A DNA stretch of 63,887 nt, the filler included, from a bacterium (GTDB lineage: Bacteria; JALSQH01): the NCBI GenBank assembly GCA_026985515.1. It is 10 parts of 10 records of this genome, joined end to end, with 100 filler letters (N's around TTAATTAATTAA, not from the genome) between each part and the next. Parts side by side here need not be neighbours in the genome. Positions count along the whole stretch, not along the records: positions 39,305 to 51,471 come from JALSQH010000125.1; 9 more parts are not named here. One strand, 5' to 3'. Positions 40,681 to 50,558 of this stretch are shown one piece after another (the first letter of the stretch is position 1; each line of letters opens with the position of its first letter). The notes under the pieces were generated by a model. That model was not told where the DNA came from. It saw only the letters and a list, made by a program, of their open reading frames with translations, and searched no databases. Made by a program: the position numbers and the translations under genes.

Positions 40681-41729
40681 TCTTCTGTTACACCGGTTAC
40701 CGCTTTGAGGTAAAATTCTGTAAGTTCCTTTGAGTCCTTTCTGTACTCATTATTAATAATCTCAATTACCTTCTGGACAATGGGATCTTCCAAAACATGG
40801 GAGAGATCCCGGACCAGAAATAAAAACTCTGTAATTTGTTCTTCATAGGGTTGGATTAATTTTTTTATTTCATTTTCCAGAGCTTCTGGTGAATATTCCG
40901 AATTTGTAAAACCAGTTACCTTGAGAATAATTTTGGTATTGCTATCAGGATTGAGAGTAGAAAGTTTTTTGAGAACACTCTCTGGATTTTTATCTATTTC
41001 AAATTTTATTTCTATTTCTTCAAAATGGAAGGTATCCAGTGGTATGGTTGTCACCTCTTCATCTGTAAGGAGAATTGCAGATCTTTTTCCAGTTTCTTTG
41101 CGAGTGATTGAAACAGGTGAACCGGGATAAATGAAAAACCTGTTTTCTGATCCTGGAATTGCCTTAATGTGAGTTTTGGTGTGAAAATGCCCTGCAAGAA
41201 CATGGGAAAAGGGGAGCTCTTTGAAGTAATCAAGATAAACTGGAAAGTATCTTTCATCCCCTTCTGTACCTCTATCTTCAAAGTCACCAGATATATCCAG
41301 AAGGTCGCAATGAATCATGAGAAGATTTTTATGGTGTGGATCAATATCACGTGAAATTTTCAGCAGCTCAGTAACGTGGTCAACTTCTGAAGAGTAGGGT
41401 AGTCCTTTTACCACAAAGTCCTTTACCCTGTATTTTTCTTCAGGAGAGGTTATGATCTTTACATTTTTACCAAGATAGATTCCGCTCCTGTAGGCTTTTT
41501 CATCATGGTTGCCAGGTATAAGAAACACTGGAAAATTAATTTCACTGAATATTTTTCTAATTTCAGGTTCGAGATTCACAACATCATTTTCGTTATCAAG
41601 AAAATCTCCCGCGATTGTGAGTGCATCAACATCATATTTTCTGGCTGTTGAGACAAGGGCTTTAAGAGCTTCGACCCGTTCAGTATGACCTGAAGCAAGA
41701 TGAATATCAGATGTGTGCAGTATTTTCAC
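40677..41729 (-). CDS. Mre11/SbcD-like (YhaO-type) metallophosphoesterase nuclease
   Basis: HTSDIH, AGDFLD, PGNHD, LAGHFH, YPGSP; ATGA overlap with the ATPase gene. Confidence 0.9.
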   Translation of the reverse strand: MKILHTSDIHLASGHTERVEALKALVSTARKYDVDALTIAGDFLDNENDVVNLEPEIRKIFSEINFPVFLIPGNHDEKAYRSGIYLGKNVKIITSPEEKYRVKDFVVKGLPYSSEVDHVTELLKISRDIDPHHKNLLMIHCDLLDISGDFEDRGTEGDERYFPVYLDYFKELPFSHVLAGHFHTKTHIKAIPGSENRFFIYPGSPVSITRKETGKRSAILLTDEEVTTIPLDTFHFEEIEIKFEIDKNPESVLKKLSTLNPDSNTKIILKVTGFTNSEYSPEALENEIKKLIQPYEEQITEFLFLVRDLSHVLEDPIVQKVIEIINNEYRKDSKELTEFYLKAVTGVTEE

Positions 41730-41793
41730 ACTATTTATTATATTGCAATTTTTAACTTCTGCAATGACTTAATGTCAGAGAAAGGAAAATGTG

Positions 41794-41883
41794 TGACAGA
41801 TTGTCAAAGTTGTGTAAAGAAAATCAATTTTAATTTCAGTATGTTATGCTCATAAAAGGTTTTTAAGCTGGTATAAGACTTGA
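41794..41883 (+). promoter_or_regulatory. Probable sigma-54 promoter with upstream palindrome and IHF-like site
   Basis: TGGTATAAGACTTGA (GG-N10-GA) at 41869-41883; TGACA-gat-TGTCA at 41794-41806; TTTCAGTATGTTA (one mismatch to WATCARNNNNTTR) between them. Confidence 0.5.
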
Positions 41884-41907
41884 AGGAGAGGAAGCAGGAG
41901 GTGGATT

Positions 41908-42606
41908 ATGAAGAGAAAAATTGCAGTTCTGGTCATTGCCTTCTCTTTGCCTGTTCTCCTTTTCGGATATTATCATATGAAAGTTGAGGGAACTATTACA
42001 AGAATCTACAAGCAGAAAAGAACGAGGGGAAAAATCTTCTGGCTGGCCGCTATTGAAAATGAGGGGAGGGTTTATATTTTAAAACTTCTGCCAGTGGATA
42101 TCTGTACCCGGCCCGCTTTTAAAGTAGGTGACCGGGTTGTTGCAGAAGGAGTTGTACCACGCATTTTTCTCTCACAGAGGGTTCCTTTGATTCTTGTGTA
42201 CAGAATATTTATCAAAACTACTGGTGAGGAATTTGTACTTCGAAACAGATATGGCAGGATTAACTGGGTTCCAGCCAGGATGGTGGAGTTTTATGGTAGA
42301 GTGAAAAAAATTATTCTTGAAAGAGGAAGTTTTTCAGTGGATGTTAAGTGGGTTACTCTTTTGGTGCAGAAAAAAGGTGACAGAGCAATGGTGAGGGTAA
42401 GACTCTGTCCCTATTTCACATGTTCAGATCCCGGGGTTAAAGAGGGTGACCTCGTGAAAGTAAGGGGATATTTCCCCCCATATCCTGAAGGACAGGAAAA
42501 ACCACCAGTGATGGCCTGCACTGTGGAGGATAAAACAAGCAGGAAAATTCTCAAAGTGAGAGATTGTAAGACGAGAAGGCCTTTCTGGTTGAGGGAAATG
42601 AGATAG
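41908..42606 (+). CDS. Exported protein with two tandem OB-fold-like (MamS/MamX-like) repeats
   Basis: Signal peptide; repeats G.I..I...LLP..C..FKVGDRV...G...LRNRYGRINW and G.V..I...LCP..C..VKEGDLV...G...VRDCKTRRPFW. Confidence 0.6.
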   Translation: MKRKIAVLVIAFSLPVLLFGYYHMKVEGTITRIYKQKRTRGKIFWLAAIENEGRVYILKLLPVDICTRPAFKVGDRVVAEGVVPRIFLSQRVPLILVYRIFIKTTGEEFVLRNRYGRINWVPARMVEFYGRVKKIILERGSFSVDVKWVTLLVQKKGDRAMVRVRLCPYFTCSDPGVKEGDLVKVRGYFPPYPEGQEKPPVMACTVEDKTSRKILKVRDCKTRRPFWLREMR

Positions 42607-42672
42607 TTTGCTTTTTTTCAATTTTTTGATAATATTATAACAATCTTAAATTCTGAATGGGAGGAAAACCAC

Positions 42673-43374
42673 ATGGTGAGAAAAAGTAAAGCTCTCATTG
42701 GTTCTTTGCTGATTTTGTCCCTGCTTTTTACTCCTGCTTTGTTTGGAAAGAAGAAAAAGAGTTTTGCAGACAGGCATGAACTTTCAAAGGTCAGAAAAAT
42801 TGCAGTTATTCCCTTTTGTCCGGTAAAAAAGAAAATGAAATCAAAGAAGTACAGGCAACTTGCCCGGGCTGCATCTTTTTTTACCAATCATTATCTTGAC
42901 AGGGAGGTATTTGATTCAGATATTGATGTGAAGGTGTTGAGTTACAGAAAGTTGAGGAAGAGATTAAAGAAATTGGGGTATAAATATAAATGTAGAAAGA
43001 TTTACGATTATAAGAGACTGGCTGAAAGACTTGGGGTTGACACCATTGTTACGGGAAAGCTTCTTAAAGCGGTGGCGAGAAATGAATCTGGTGCAGAGGA
43101 TGCCATACTCTCTCCTTTAGATGCGTTGACCGAGCAGACTGTCAAGGTAAAGATAAGATTCTATGTTTACAGAAAGGGTAAGTTAATCGCAAAAAAGCAG
43201 GTAACAACTATTATGGAAGGAGATATAATTTCCAATGCACTTGCAGGTGGGATTGTGGCAGATGCCTTTGATATACTCAGAATAAGGGAAAAGTATAAGA
43301 AGTACCTCCCGCCTCTTGCAAAAGCAGCTTCACGTTTTGCCAGATGGCTTGTGGATAAGTTCCCTGAAGATTAA
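42673..43374 (+). CDS. Hypothetical Lys-rich exported protein (TolB-N/CsgG-like fold possible)
   Basis: Signal peptide; KIAVIPF and LAERLGVDTIVTG motifs. Confidence 0.6.
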   Translation: MVRKSKALIGSLLILSLLFTPALFGKKKKSFADRHELSKVRKIAVIPFCPVKKKMKSKKYRQLARAASFFTNHYLDREVFDSDIDVKVLSYRKLRKRLKKLGYKYKCRKIYDYKRLAERLGVDTIVTGKLLKAVARNESGAEDAILSPLDALTEQTVKVKIRFYVYRKGKLIAKKQVTTIMEGDIISNALAGGIVADAFDILRIREKYKKYLPPLAKAASRFARWLVDKFPED

Positions 43375-46300
43375 GTTTGAATGGCAGAGCGGTTCTCCGC
43401 TCTCCACCTTTTTACCCTGTATACGAAGGCTTCAACCCTGTTCTTTACGTGTGTATCTTCCTGGTCTTCAAAGACTAAATTCATGATAGGTATGTTTCCA
43501 TTTTCTTCCGATATTCTCTTAATGACCGCACTGGTAGCAGTTCCGACCATACAGTTGAGACAGAATGCGTTTATGATGCCGTCTGCTCCTTTGAAAATGA
43601 AATCATATATTTCACCCACATTCAATCGGGTTAAGATGTCAACCTGACCTGTAAGAATGTGATCCGTGTATCTTAGCATTTCCTTCCCGCTTAAGTTGCC
43701 GTAATTTCTTATTCTGCTTTTAAACATCCTTATAATTCTTTTCTGGTCAAGGTCCTGCAGGAGAGTTCTGACAAAGTTCAGCCCTGCATCAAAAATTTTT
43801 CTATCTCTCCAGTAGTACAGCGTTGCAATTTCTGTGCCCTGATCTGTAACATCAATTATGGTTGGTGCTGGCCACACTTCGACCCCCAGGTCGTTCAGGA
43901 TATTAAAGAGATTCTTATTGCCGACAGGATTGATTCTGGTGTATTCATCTCCAACAAGGGCGATAACAGGTTTGCTCCATCTGTTTTCAACTGGAATTCT
44001 GTCAAAGGCATCTATTATGTGATTCAGGGTGGAAATAATTTCCCCTTTTCTTAGACCTTCTCTCATAATTTCCAGTGAGGTTTCAAATACATAGTCTGTT
44101 AAACCTTTTACTGTTTCGTACGGCCTTGTCTCTGCCCATAGCCTCAGAAGATAGTCTATCGCTATGAGTCCACCGTGAAGAATGAGAAGATCCTGAACAT
44201 CCAGTATCTTTGTAAGATCATCTCTGGTGGTGGTTCCCATTACCAGAATATCCTTTCTTCCAAGTTCTTCAGCAACTTTCTGAACAAAGGGAACATACTG
44301 GGTTATGAGGCACTGACTTGTAACTGTGGGAAAAATATACACGGAGTTTTCTGACATTTCACCTTTTTTGATTAGTTTGACAAGATCCCCCAGAATGAGA
44401 TAAAATGGGTGGCATTGTCGTCCTCCGCTGTGAATTTTGCCAAGTTCTTCAGACTCTGCATCAGGTAGTGGTAAAACTTCAGTGTCATATCCAGCATGTT
44501 CAAAGGCTCCTGCAAAGGCGTAGGCATGAGGTGAAAAGTAGGGTATGTAAAATTTAGTGTATTTTCTTTCCGCTGATGGAAGGAGTGCAGGGGTTTCCCT
44601 GAATTTTATTTTTCGCTTTTCCAGGAACTGATCCACAGCGTAACTGAAGGCTTCTATTCTCGTTTCAATACCAGCATCACCTCTGTGTTCATCAATTTCA
44701 AGTATCAGAAGCGGCTTATCTCGATAAAGATCTTTGATAAACTCAAGGACAAAGGAGTCCGGTCCACATCCAAAGTTGGTTACTACAACCAGGAAGATGT
44801 TGTTTTTATTCTTTGCCCAGATTGCCCCTTTGAGCATCCTTCTTGAAAACTGCCATGTAACTGAAGAGTATTTTTCAGGAAGGAGTATCTCTTCAATTTC
44901 CTTTAACTGCTGTACAAGAACCACAGAAAATCCTCTGGATGCCAGTTTGCTCGTCAGTGACAGGTTGAGGAATTTGTCCCATGTGTTGTAAGGCTTCCCA
45001 AGAATCAGAGCAACTTTTTCACTCTTTTCAATTTCATCCAGGTCGACACTTACTATTTGTTTGAATACACTGAAAGATTCTTCGGCTTTCTGAAGAGCAT
45101 TTTCAACTGTTTCCTGCTTGAGATTAAAGGCCTGTGATATTTCTTCGATAAGCTTTTTACGTTTTGAACCTTCTGTGTATGGCATCAGTGGAAAAGCAAG
45201 GATATCAACTTCATCTTTAAAGGAAGCTTTGATCATATTTGAAATGTTCTGAACATTGGGACACATCAGACCATCTGTACCTTCATAGGCGTTGCCAATG
45301 AAAATTTTTGAAATCCCTTTACTTACGAGAGCTTTTACCTCTCCGAACATGATTTTCACAGGAAGACAGGTTTCCGCTGGAAGATATGGAAGTCCACCAT
45401 ACAGTTTCTTCTGATTGGGATTTCCAGAGGTTACAACTTTTATGTTAAGTTGATTGAAAAATTCCAGGTAGAATGGATAGTATTCTCTGTACAGGAGGGC
45501 TGATGGTATCCCGATAACATCCCCGCTTTTGACAGTGCTTTTAAATGATTCATAAAACTTTTCGAGTCGCTCAGAGTAATCAGTGCCTCTTCTTACTCTT
45601 CCTCCTCTCTCCGAATACATTCCACATAGGTCACCAATATAGTATTTTTCACCTCCAAACCTGTAGACTCTAACTTCACAGAAATTTTCACAAACTTTAC
45701 ACTCAAAGGTGGTGAAATCTTTTTCAAGAGGAATGTCAAATCCCCTGAACCCCGTTACTTTTACCCTTTTTTCCTTTAAAATAGCAGTTACTCCCAGAGC
45801 CCCTGATAATCCCGGTTCAGGGTGTACGAGAATAGTTGCTCCAGGGAATTTTTCTTTAAATGCGTTTACGACAGCCCTGTTTTTTGCAACTCCACCCTGA
45901 AAAACTATTTTTTTCCCCACCTTGGTCAGATCTGCCACAGTCTCCACATAGTTGTTGACAATGGCGGAGGCAAGCCCTTTAACAATGTCTTCCAGAGGGT
46001 ATCCATTGTTGGCATAATGAACCAGGTCACTTTCCATAAAGACTGTACAGCGGGAGGACATTTTTAGAGGATTCCTGGATTTCTCTGCCTGCTGTGCAAA
46101 TTCTTTTTTTATGTCGATGCCCAGCCTGTAAGCCTGTTCCTGGAGAAAGGAACCTGTTCCCGCTGCACATGCTCTGTTCATAAAGAAATCTTTTACATCT
46201 CCATTCTCAACAGAGATAAACTTTGAATCCTGACCTCCTATCTCAAAAATGGTGTCAACATCTGGAAAGAAGTGAGCAGCTCCCTTTGTCTGAGCAGTTA

Positions 46301-47474
46301 TTTCATCTATAACGATATCTGCACCTATATATGCACCGACAAGTTTCCTCCCGCTTCCTGTAACCCCCACTCCAAGAACATTTTCTCTTGATACTTTTCC
46401 TCCAAGGAATTTTAATCCCCTGTTCACAGCTGTAATAGGATCACCCCTTGTCATCAGATATGCTTCGCCAACTATTTCCAGATTTTCGTTTACTGCTACA
46501 AGATCAGTACTTGTGGAACCAACGTCAATACCAATGTAAAATTTTTCTCCTGGTAGGGGATCTCTACGCCATTTAAGTTCCTCAACAGAGGTATCCTCAG
46601 AAGTTAATCCATGCCTTATGGTAACTGTTCCTGATACTTTTTGTCCTTTTATACCTGTATCAGGCAGGCTTCTGAATTCTTTTCCCTGTTCCGGTGCAAG
46701 AAGGGCTGCCCCTATGGCTCCCATCAATCCAGGTTCTTCAGGTATGATATATTCCCCTTCTTTAAGATTAAGTAGCTCTCTAAATGCTCTGATAATTCCT
46801 CTGTTTTTAGCTACACCTCCCTGAAAAATAACAGGTCTGTAAATTGGTCTTCCCCTTACGAGAGATGAAAGGTAATTTCTTGCAAGGGCGTAGCATAGAC
46901 CTGCAGCGATTTCATCCGCAGGTACCCCCTTTTGCTGGAGGTGGATGATGTCAGATTTTGCAAAAACACTGCATCTCCCCGCAATTGAGGGAACATCTTT
47001 TGCTTCAGCTGCCATTTCTGCAAATTTTTCTATGGGAATCCCCATCCTTTCTGCCTGGACATCAAGAAATGATCCTGTACCTGCTGCACATAATTCATTC
47101 ATCACATAGTCAACCGGTCCCCTTTCATCAATGATTATATACTTTGAATCCTGCCCCCCTATTTCTATGATACTTGCCCTTTCAATCTCTCCAGGCTTGA
47201 AGAGTTTTGTTGCGGCAAATCCATGAGCAATGATCTCATTGACAGTTTCTATTCCTGCAAGGGATTTTACAATTTCTTTTCCGCTTCCAGTAACAAGGGC
47301 ATGGTCAAATCCTTCCGGAAATTTTTCCAGCAATTCCCTCAGAATTTCTTCAGATTTCTGCTTCGCCCTGCCATTTGTTCTCCTGTATGTTGAGTAAAGA
47401 ATTTTTCCGCTTTCGCTTTCTATGACAACTGCGTCTAAACTCACTGAACCTAAATCAAGACCAAGGAGTAGCAT
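43371..47474 (-). CDS. Acyl-CoA dehydratase activase: two BadF/BcrAD ASKHA modules + DUF2229
   Basis: GLDLGS and GIDVGSTST, two EIGGQDSK, CAAGTGSFL twice, CSVFA/CTVFM, ETCLP, NFGCGPDSF, DEH, NCM. Confidence 0.93.
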   Translation of the reverse strand: MLLLGLDLGSVSLDAVVIESESGKILYSTYRRTNGRAKQKSEEILRELLEKFPEGFDHALVTGSGKEIVKSLAGIETVNEIIAHGFAATKLFKPGEIERASIIEIGGQDSKYIIIDERGPVDYVMNELCAAGTGSFLDVQAERMGIPIEKFAEMAAEAKDVPSIAGRCSVFAKSDIIHLQQKGVPADEIAAGLCYALARNYLSSLVRGRPIYRPVIFQGGVAKNRGIIRAFRELLNLKEGEYIIPEEPGLMGAIGAALLAPEQGKEFRSLPDTGIKGQKVSGTVTIRHGLTSEDTSVEELKWRRDPLPGEKFYIGIDVGSTSTDLVAVNENLEIVGEAYLMTRGDPITAVNRGLKFLGGKVSRENVLGVGVTGSGRKLVGAYIGADIVIDEITAQTKGAAHFFPDVDTIFEIGGQDSKFISVENGDVKDFFMNRACAAGTGSFLQEQAYRLGIDIKKEFAQQAEKSRNPLKMSSRCTVFMESDLVHYANNGYPLEDIVKGLASAIVNNYVETVADLTKVGKKIVFQGGVAKNRAVVNAFKEKFPGATILVHPEPGLSGALGVTAILKEKRVKVTGFRGFDIPLEKDFTTFECKVCENFCEVRVYRFGGEKYYIGDLCGMYSERGGRVRRGTDYSERLEKFYESFKSTVKSGDVIGIPSALLYREYYPFYLEFFNQLNIKVVTSGNPNQKKLYGGLPYLPAETCLPVKIMFGEVKALVSKGISKIFIGNAYEGTDGLMCPNVQNISNMIKASFKDEVDILAFPLMPYTEGSKRKKLIEEISQAFNLKQETVENALQKAEESFSVFKQIVSVDLDEIEKSEKVALILGKPYNTWDKFLNLSLTSKLASRGFSVVLVQQLKEIEEILLPEKYSSVTWQFSRRMLKGAIWAKNKNNIFLVVVTNFGCGPDSFVLEFIKDLYRDKPLLILEIDEHRGDAGIETRIEAFSYAVDQFLEKRKIKFRETPALLPSAERKYTKFYIPYFSPHAYAFAGAFEHAGYDTEVLPLPDAESEELGKIHSGGRQCHPFYLILGDLVKLIKKGEMSENSVYIFPTVTSQCLITQYVPFVQKVAEELGRKDILVMGTTTRDDLTKILDVQDLLILHGGLIAIDYLLRLWAETRPYETVKGLTDYVFETSLEIMREGLRKGEIISTLNHIIDAFDRIPVENRWSKPVIALVGDEYTRINPVGNKNLFNILNDLGVEVWPAPTIIDVTDQGTEIATLYYWRDRKIFDAGLNFVRTLLQDLDQKRIIRMFKSRIRNYGNLSGKEMLRYTDHILTGQVDILTRLNVGEIYDFIFKGADGIINAFCLNCMVGTATSAVIKRISEENGNIPIMNLVFEDQEDTHVKNRVEAFVYRVKRWRAENRSAIQT

Positions 47475-47521
47475 TGTTTCCCCCTCTCAGGATTTAATTT
47501 TATTTTAGAAAAAGAACAGCT

Positions 47522-48775
47522 TTATTCAAGACTTTTCTCCCTGAAAAATCTGACCAGTGTGTAGAAAATTCCAAGATGGGAAAGAATACCTGTTAAAAGG
47601 AGAGTGTATAGCATTATTTCTTTAGATAACGGAGTTAGTAACCCCCCCAGCATGATGAGGAATAATCTTGCATCCCTTGTAATGAATTTTGGACGGATCC
47701 CAGTCATGTGAGAGATGTAACTAACAAGTATCGTACCTGTTACTGCAAGGAAAAAGGAGATTTTACCGGTTATTGAAGAGGAAAAGGGGAGAAATATTCC
47801 GAACATAATAAAAATGTCAACATATCTGTCAAGAAGTGAATCCAGTACGGCGCCTTTACGGGATGAGAGTTTCTTTATTCTTGCAACCTCACCGTCACAG
47901 CCATCTATAATTGAAGCTATCTGAGTAAAAATTCCTCCTGCCACGAATTTCCCGAAGGCAAAAAAGATGAAGGGAATCAATCCAATTAGAGTAGAAATAA
48001 TGGTAATTCTGTTGGGGGTAAGAAAATCATATTTTACCAGCAGCCTGGAGATGGGGGTGGAGAATTTTCTGTTTATCTTTTTTGAAATATATCCGTCACT
48101 TTCTTTTGATAGGGATCCTGAAATATATTTTTCTGCCTTTTTTAATTCCTCTGGAGTATCTATGTCTATCCAGAAGCCATCCACAGATTTCCATTTCAAT
48201 CTGTTTTCATCTGCTATTTTCTGAAAGACCTCTGCAAGTTTTATCTTTTCCTTTTCGGATGAGAGTTTTTCTATGTAGTTGAAGATGTCGGGTTTACAGT
48301 AGAAGAAACCTGTGTCAAAATAATCATATTTTTCCAGCCTCTTACCTATTTTTCTAACCAGATCCCCCTCGACGCTGACTTTTGTTGCCTCATCGGGATC
48401 GTCACAGTAACTGCTAACAAAAGCTGTATGGGTCTCTTCAGAAGAGATGGAGGAAAAAAATGAATCTTCGAAGAAGTGATCAGCCATCAGCAGTATAAAG
48501 TCGTCTTTTACATCGTTTCTGGCGAAGTACAGGCTGTATCCATTTTCTCGCTCGGGTGCATTGTTGTAAACGAAGTTCAGATTTCTGAATTTACTCTCAA
48601 GATAGTCTTTGATCCTTTCATCATGGTAAACAATTGTGATCTTATTAATTTTGCTGGTAAGAAGTTTCCTGATGTTATGTTCCACTATGGGAATTCCAAA
48701 AAGGGGGAGAAGAGGTTTGGGTTTTTCTCCCCCCATTCTCGTTCCGAAGCCGGCTGCAAGTATAACGGCTTCCAT
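47522..48775 (-). CDS. Bifunctional inositol-1-phosphate cytidylyltransferase / di-myo-inositol phosphate phosphate synthase (IPCT/DIPPS)
   Basis: ILAAGFGTRM NTP-transferase domain with ENGYS, MADH, WIDIDT; CDP-alcohol phosphotransferase motif DGCDGEVAR..GAVLDSLLDRYVD; 3 nt downstream of ino1. Confidence 0.93.
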   Translation of the reverse strand: MEAVILAAGFGTRMGGEKPKPLLPLFGIPIVEHNIRKLLTSKINKITIVYHDERIKDYLESKFRNLNFVYNNAPERENGYSLYFARNDVKDDFILLMADHFFEDSFFSSISSEETHTAFVSSYCDDPDEATKVSVEGDLVRKIGKRLEKYDYFDTGFFYCKPDIFNYIEKLSSEKEKIKLAEVFQKIADENRLKWKSVDGFWIDIDTPEELKKAEKYISGSLSKESDGYISKKINRKFSTPISRLLVKYDFLTPNRITIISTLIGLIPFIFFAFGKFVAGGIFTQIASIIDGCDGEVARIKKLSSRKGAVLDSLLDRYVDIFIMFGIFLPFSSSITGKISFFLAVTGTILVSYISHMTGIRPKFITRDARLFLIMLGGLLTPLSKEIMLYTLLLTGILSHLGIFYTLVRFFREKSLE

Positions 48776-48778
48776 TTT

Positions 48779-49972
48779 TTATTTCTCTTTCAATCTGTTA
48801 AACCATTCCACCAGAAGCTGGTACTGTTCATGGGTGTTATACACATCTGTGTCCATGGGGCTCTTGAAAAAGAAGGCCAGTTCTTTTACCACTCCAGATT
48901 CTCCTTTCTTCTTCGCGTAGAGTATAAATCTTGCAAGATCAATTACAAGTGGAGCGGCAAGAATTGCATCTATTCCGTCCCAGATGAAGTAAAATTTCAT
49001 TTTCCTTCCCATAAATCCCTCGTAGTGTATGAAATCAAATGCAGTTTTGTTGTCCTGAAGAGAGGGGAAGTAGTTGATTTCTGTTATTGTAAAGGGTGAA
49101 TATCCCAGAATTTTTTCCAGAACTCCATCCTTTGAAATTATCTTGCTTTCTTTGTTGTCAGCGTGATTCAGGACCACACCGTCTAAATCCCCCAGAATGT
49201 TGTATCCCATCCATCCCAGTACCTTTAAGTTCCTGTATTTGAACATCGGTACTATTGTTGTTTTTGCAAGAGTTTCACCGGTCTTACCGTCGTTTCCCGC
49301 ATGGGGGACTTTATTTTTCTCTGCAAGTTCTTTTAATGCGGGAAGTGATGCACCGGAACTGGGTGTAAAGTTTATGTATGGTATTCCATTTTTAAGGGCA
49401 ACATATGCATAGAGAGAACTGGCCGTTATGAGCTCCTTTTTGTTTTCTTTAATCAGTTTTTCAAAGTCATTCAGTCTGTCATGATACTGTTTATCATACT
49501 TTATGACTGGCTCAGTTGAGGCAACATTTACGGCTACCGTATCTTCGTCAGCAAATTCCTTGATATCTTTCTCTATTGCATCGACAATATCTGAAAGTGT
49601 TAATTTTTCATTCTTTTCGAGATAATCAATTTCTCCAAGATCCTCCATAGCACTTCCACAGTTGAGTGCCGTTCCTTTTTTTGCCCTTATTTCGGATAGA
49701 TCATCTTTTACTGCATCCAGAAACTCCCTGTCAAAATGTCTGTTCAGATTCCAGTGGTAGAGGGTTGCTTCATATCCGTTCTTATCAAGTTGCCTGATTT
49801 CGTGGCCACCAAATTTGAATTTAAAAGGAATTGTTTTGTTAATCTCTTCAGAAAATTCTGGAAGTTCGGTAACAAGTCCAGTCTTTGGTGCTTTCCCTTT
49901 CTCAATTGCCTTTGCGCCTGTCATGGCAGTTGTTGAGACAATCCCATATAATCCGAATACCCATATTTTCAT
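48779..49972 (-). CDS. ino1: myo-Inositol-1-phosphate synthase
   Basis: MKIWVFGLYGIVSTT, NVASTEP, GNDGKTGET, YNILGDLDG, DNKTAFD, DAILAAP, FFFKSP; start ATG 49972 behind GGAGGTGAT. Confidence 0.96.
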   Translation of the reverse strand: MKIWVFGLYGIVSTTAMTGAKAIEKGKAPKTGLVTELPEFSEEINKTIPFKFKFGGHEIRQLDKNGYEATLYHWNLNRHFDREFLDAVKDDLSEIRAKKGTALNCGSAMEDLGEIDYLEKNEKLTLSDIVDAIEKDIKEFADEDTVAVNVASTEPVIKYDKQYHDRLNDFEKLIKENKKELITASSLYAYVALKNGIPYINFTPSSGASLPALKELAEKNKVPHAGNDGKTGETLAKTTIVPMFKYRNLKVLGWMGYNILGDLDGVVLNHADNKESKIISKDGVLEKILGYSPFTITEINYFPSLQDNKTAFDFIHYEGFMGRKMKFYFIWDGIDAILAAPLVIDLARFILYAKKKGESGVVKELAFFFKSPMDTDVYNTHEQYQLLVEWFNRLKEK

Positions 49973-50056
49973 TGTATCACCTCCCTTCCAGAATTTTTTT
50001 AATAGTGGCTTCACTATGAATTTAATCATGAGGGTGCGATTTTCAACCTTATTTAA

Positions 50057-50089
50057 ATAGTTGATAAATTTAATAATGATTGATATACT
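50057..50089 (+). promoter_or_regulatory. Sigma-70 promoter of the Rrf2 gene overlapped by an IscR type-1-like site
   Basis: TTGATA-N17-TATACT with extended TG; ATAGTTGATAAATTTAATAATGATT matches the left half of the IscR type-1 consensus. Confidence 0.5.
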
Positions 50090-50096
50090 ATAACTT

Positions 50097-50555
50097 GTGA
50101 AGATATCAACACGTGGCAGATACGCAATAAGGGCTCTTATTTACCTTGTGAATCATATGGATAAGGGCCCAGTGTCTCTTCAGGATATTTCAGAGAATGA
50201 GAATATCTCAATAACCTATCTGGGGCAGATTTTCTTTCATTTGAAGCAGTTCAACATAGTTAAGAGTGTAAGGGGGCCAGGAGGAGGTTATCTTCTGGCA
50301 AGAGATCCCGAAGATATCAAGCTTTCTGAAATAGTAAAAGCTGCCGAGGAGTCAATCAATGTCAGTGAGTGCGTTGAACATCCAGAAGAGTGTGACAGGA
50401 GTGCCAATTGTCTCACGAGAATATTATGGCTCTATCTTAACAGGCTTATTATGAATTTTTTTGACACAATTACTCTCGCTGATTTGAAAGATACAGATAT
50501 CGTTGGCCTAACCCGGAAGTTAGCGGAAAAACTTGGTAAAATGCAAATTTCATAG
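50097..50555 (+). CDS. Rrf2-family (IscR-like) transcription regulator
   Basis: STRGRYAIRA, SVRGPGGGY, three Cys (C-x6-C-x5-C) for an Fe-S cluster. Confidence 0.92.
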   Translation: MKISTRGRYAIRALIYLVNHMDKGPVSLQDISENENISITYLGQIFFHLKQFNIVKSVRGPGGGYLLARDPEDIKLSEIVKAAEESINVSECVEHPEECDRSANCLTRILWLYLNRLIMNFFDTITLADLKDTDIVGLTRKLAEKLGKMQIS

Positions 50556-50558
50556 GGT

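Noticed and set aside
41908-42606. Magnetosome gene island
   Set aside because: Only a MamS/MamX-like fold resemblance; no CxxCH magnetochrome motifs and no other mam genes.
43371-47474. Activase as part of the DIP pathway
   Set aside because: Same strand, but it has its own RBS and AT-rich promoter-like spacer, and there is no known biochemical link.
49973-50029. ORF-track N-terminal extensions (ino1; likewise ssb, gntR, 13520..15010, 22201, 52715)
   Set aside because: Downstream starts have RBS, signal-peptide or homology support; several extensions overlap promoters or upstream genes.
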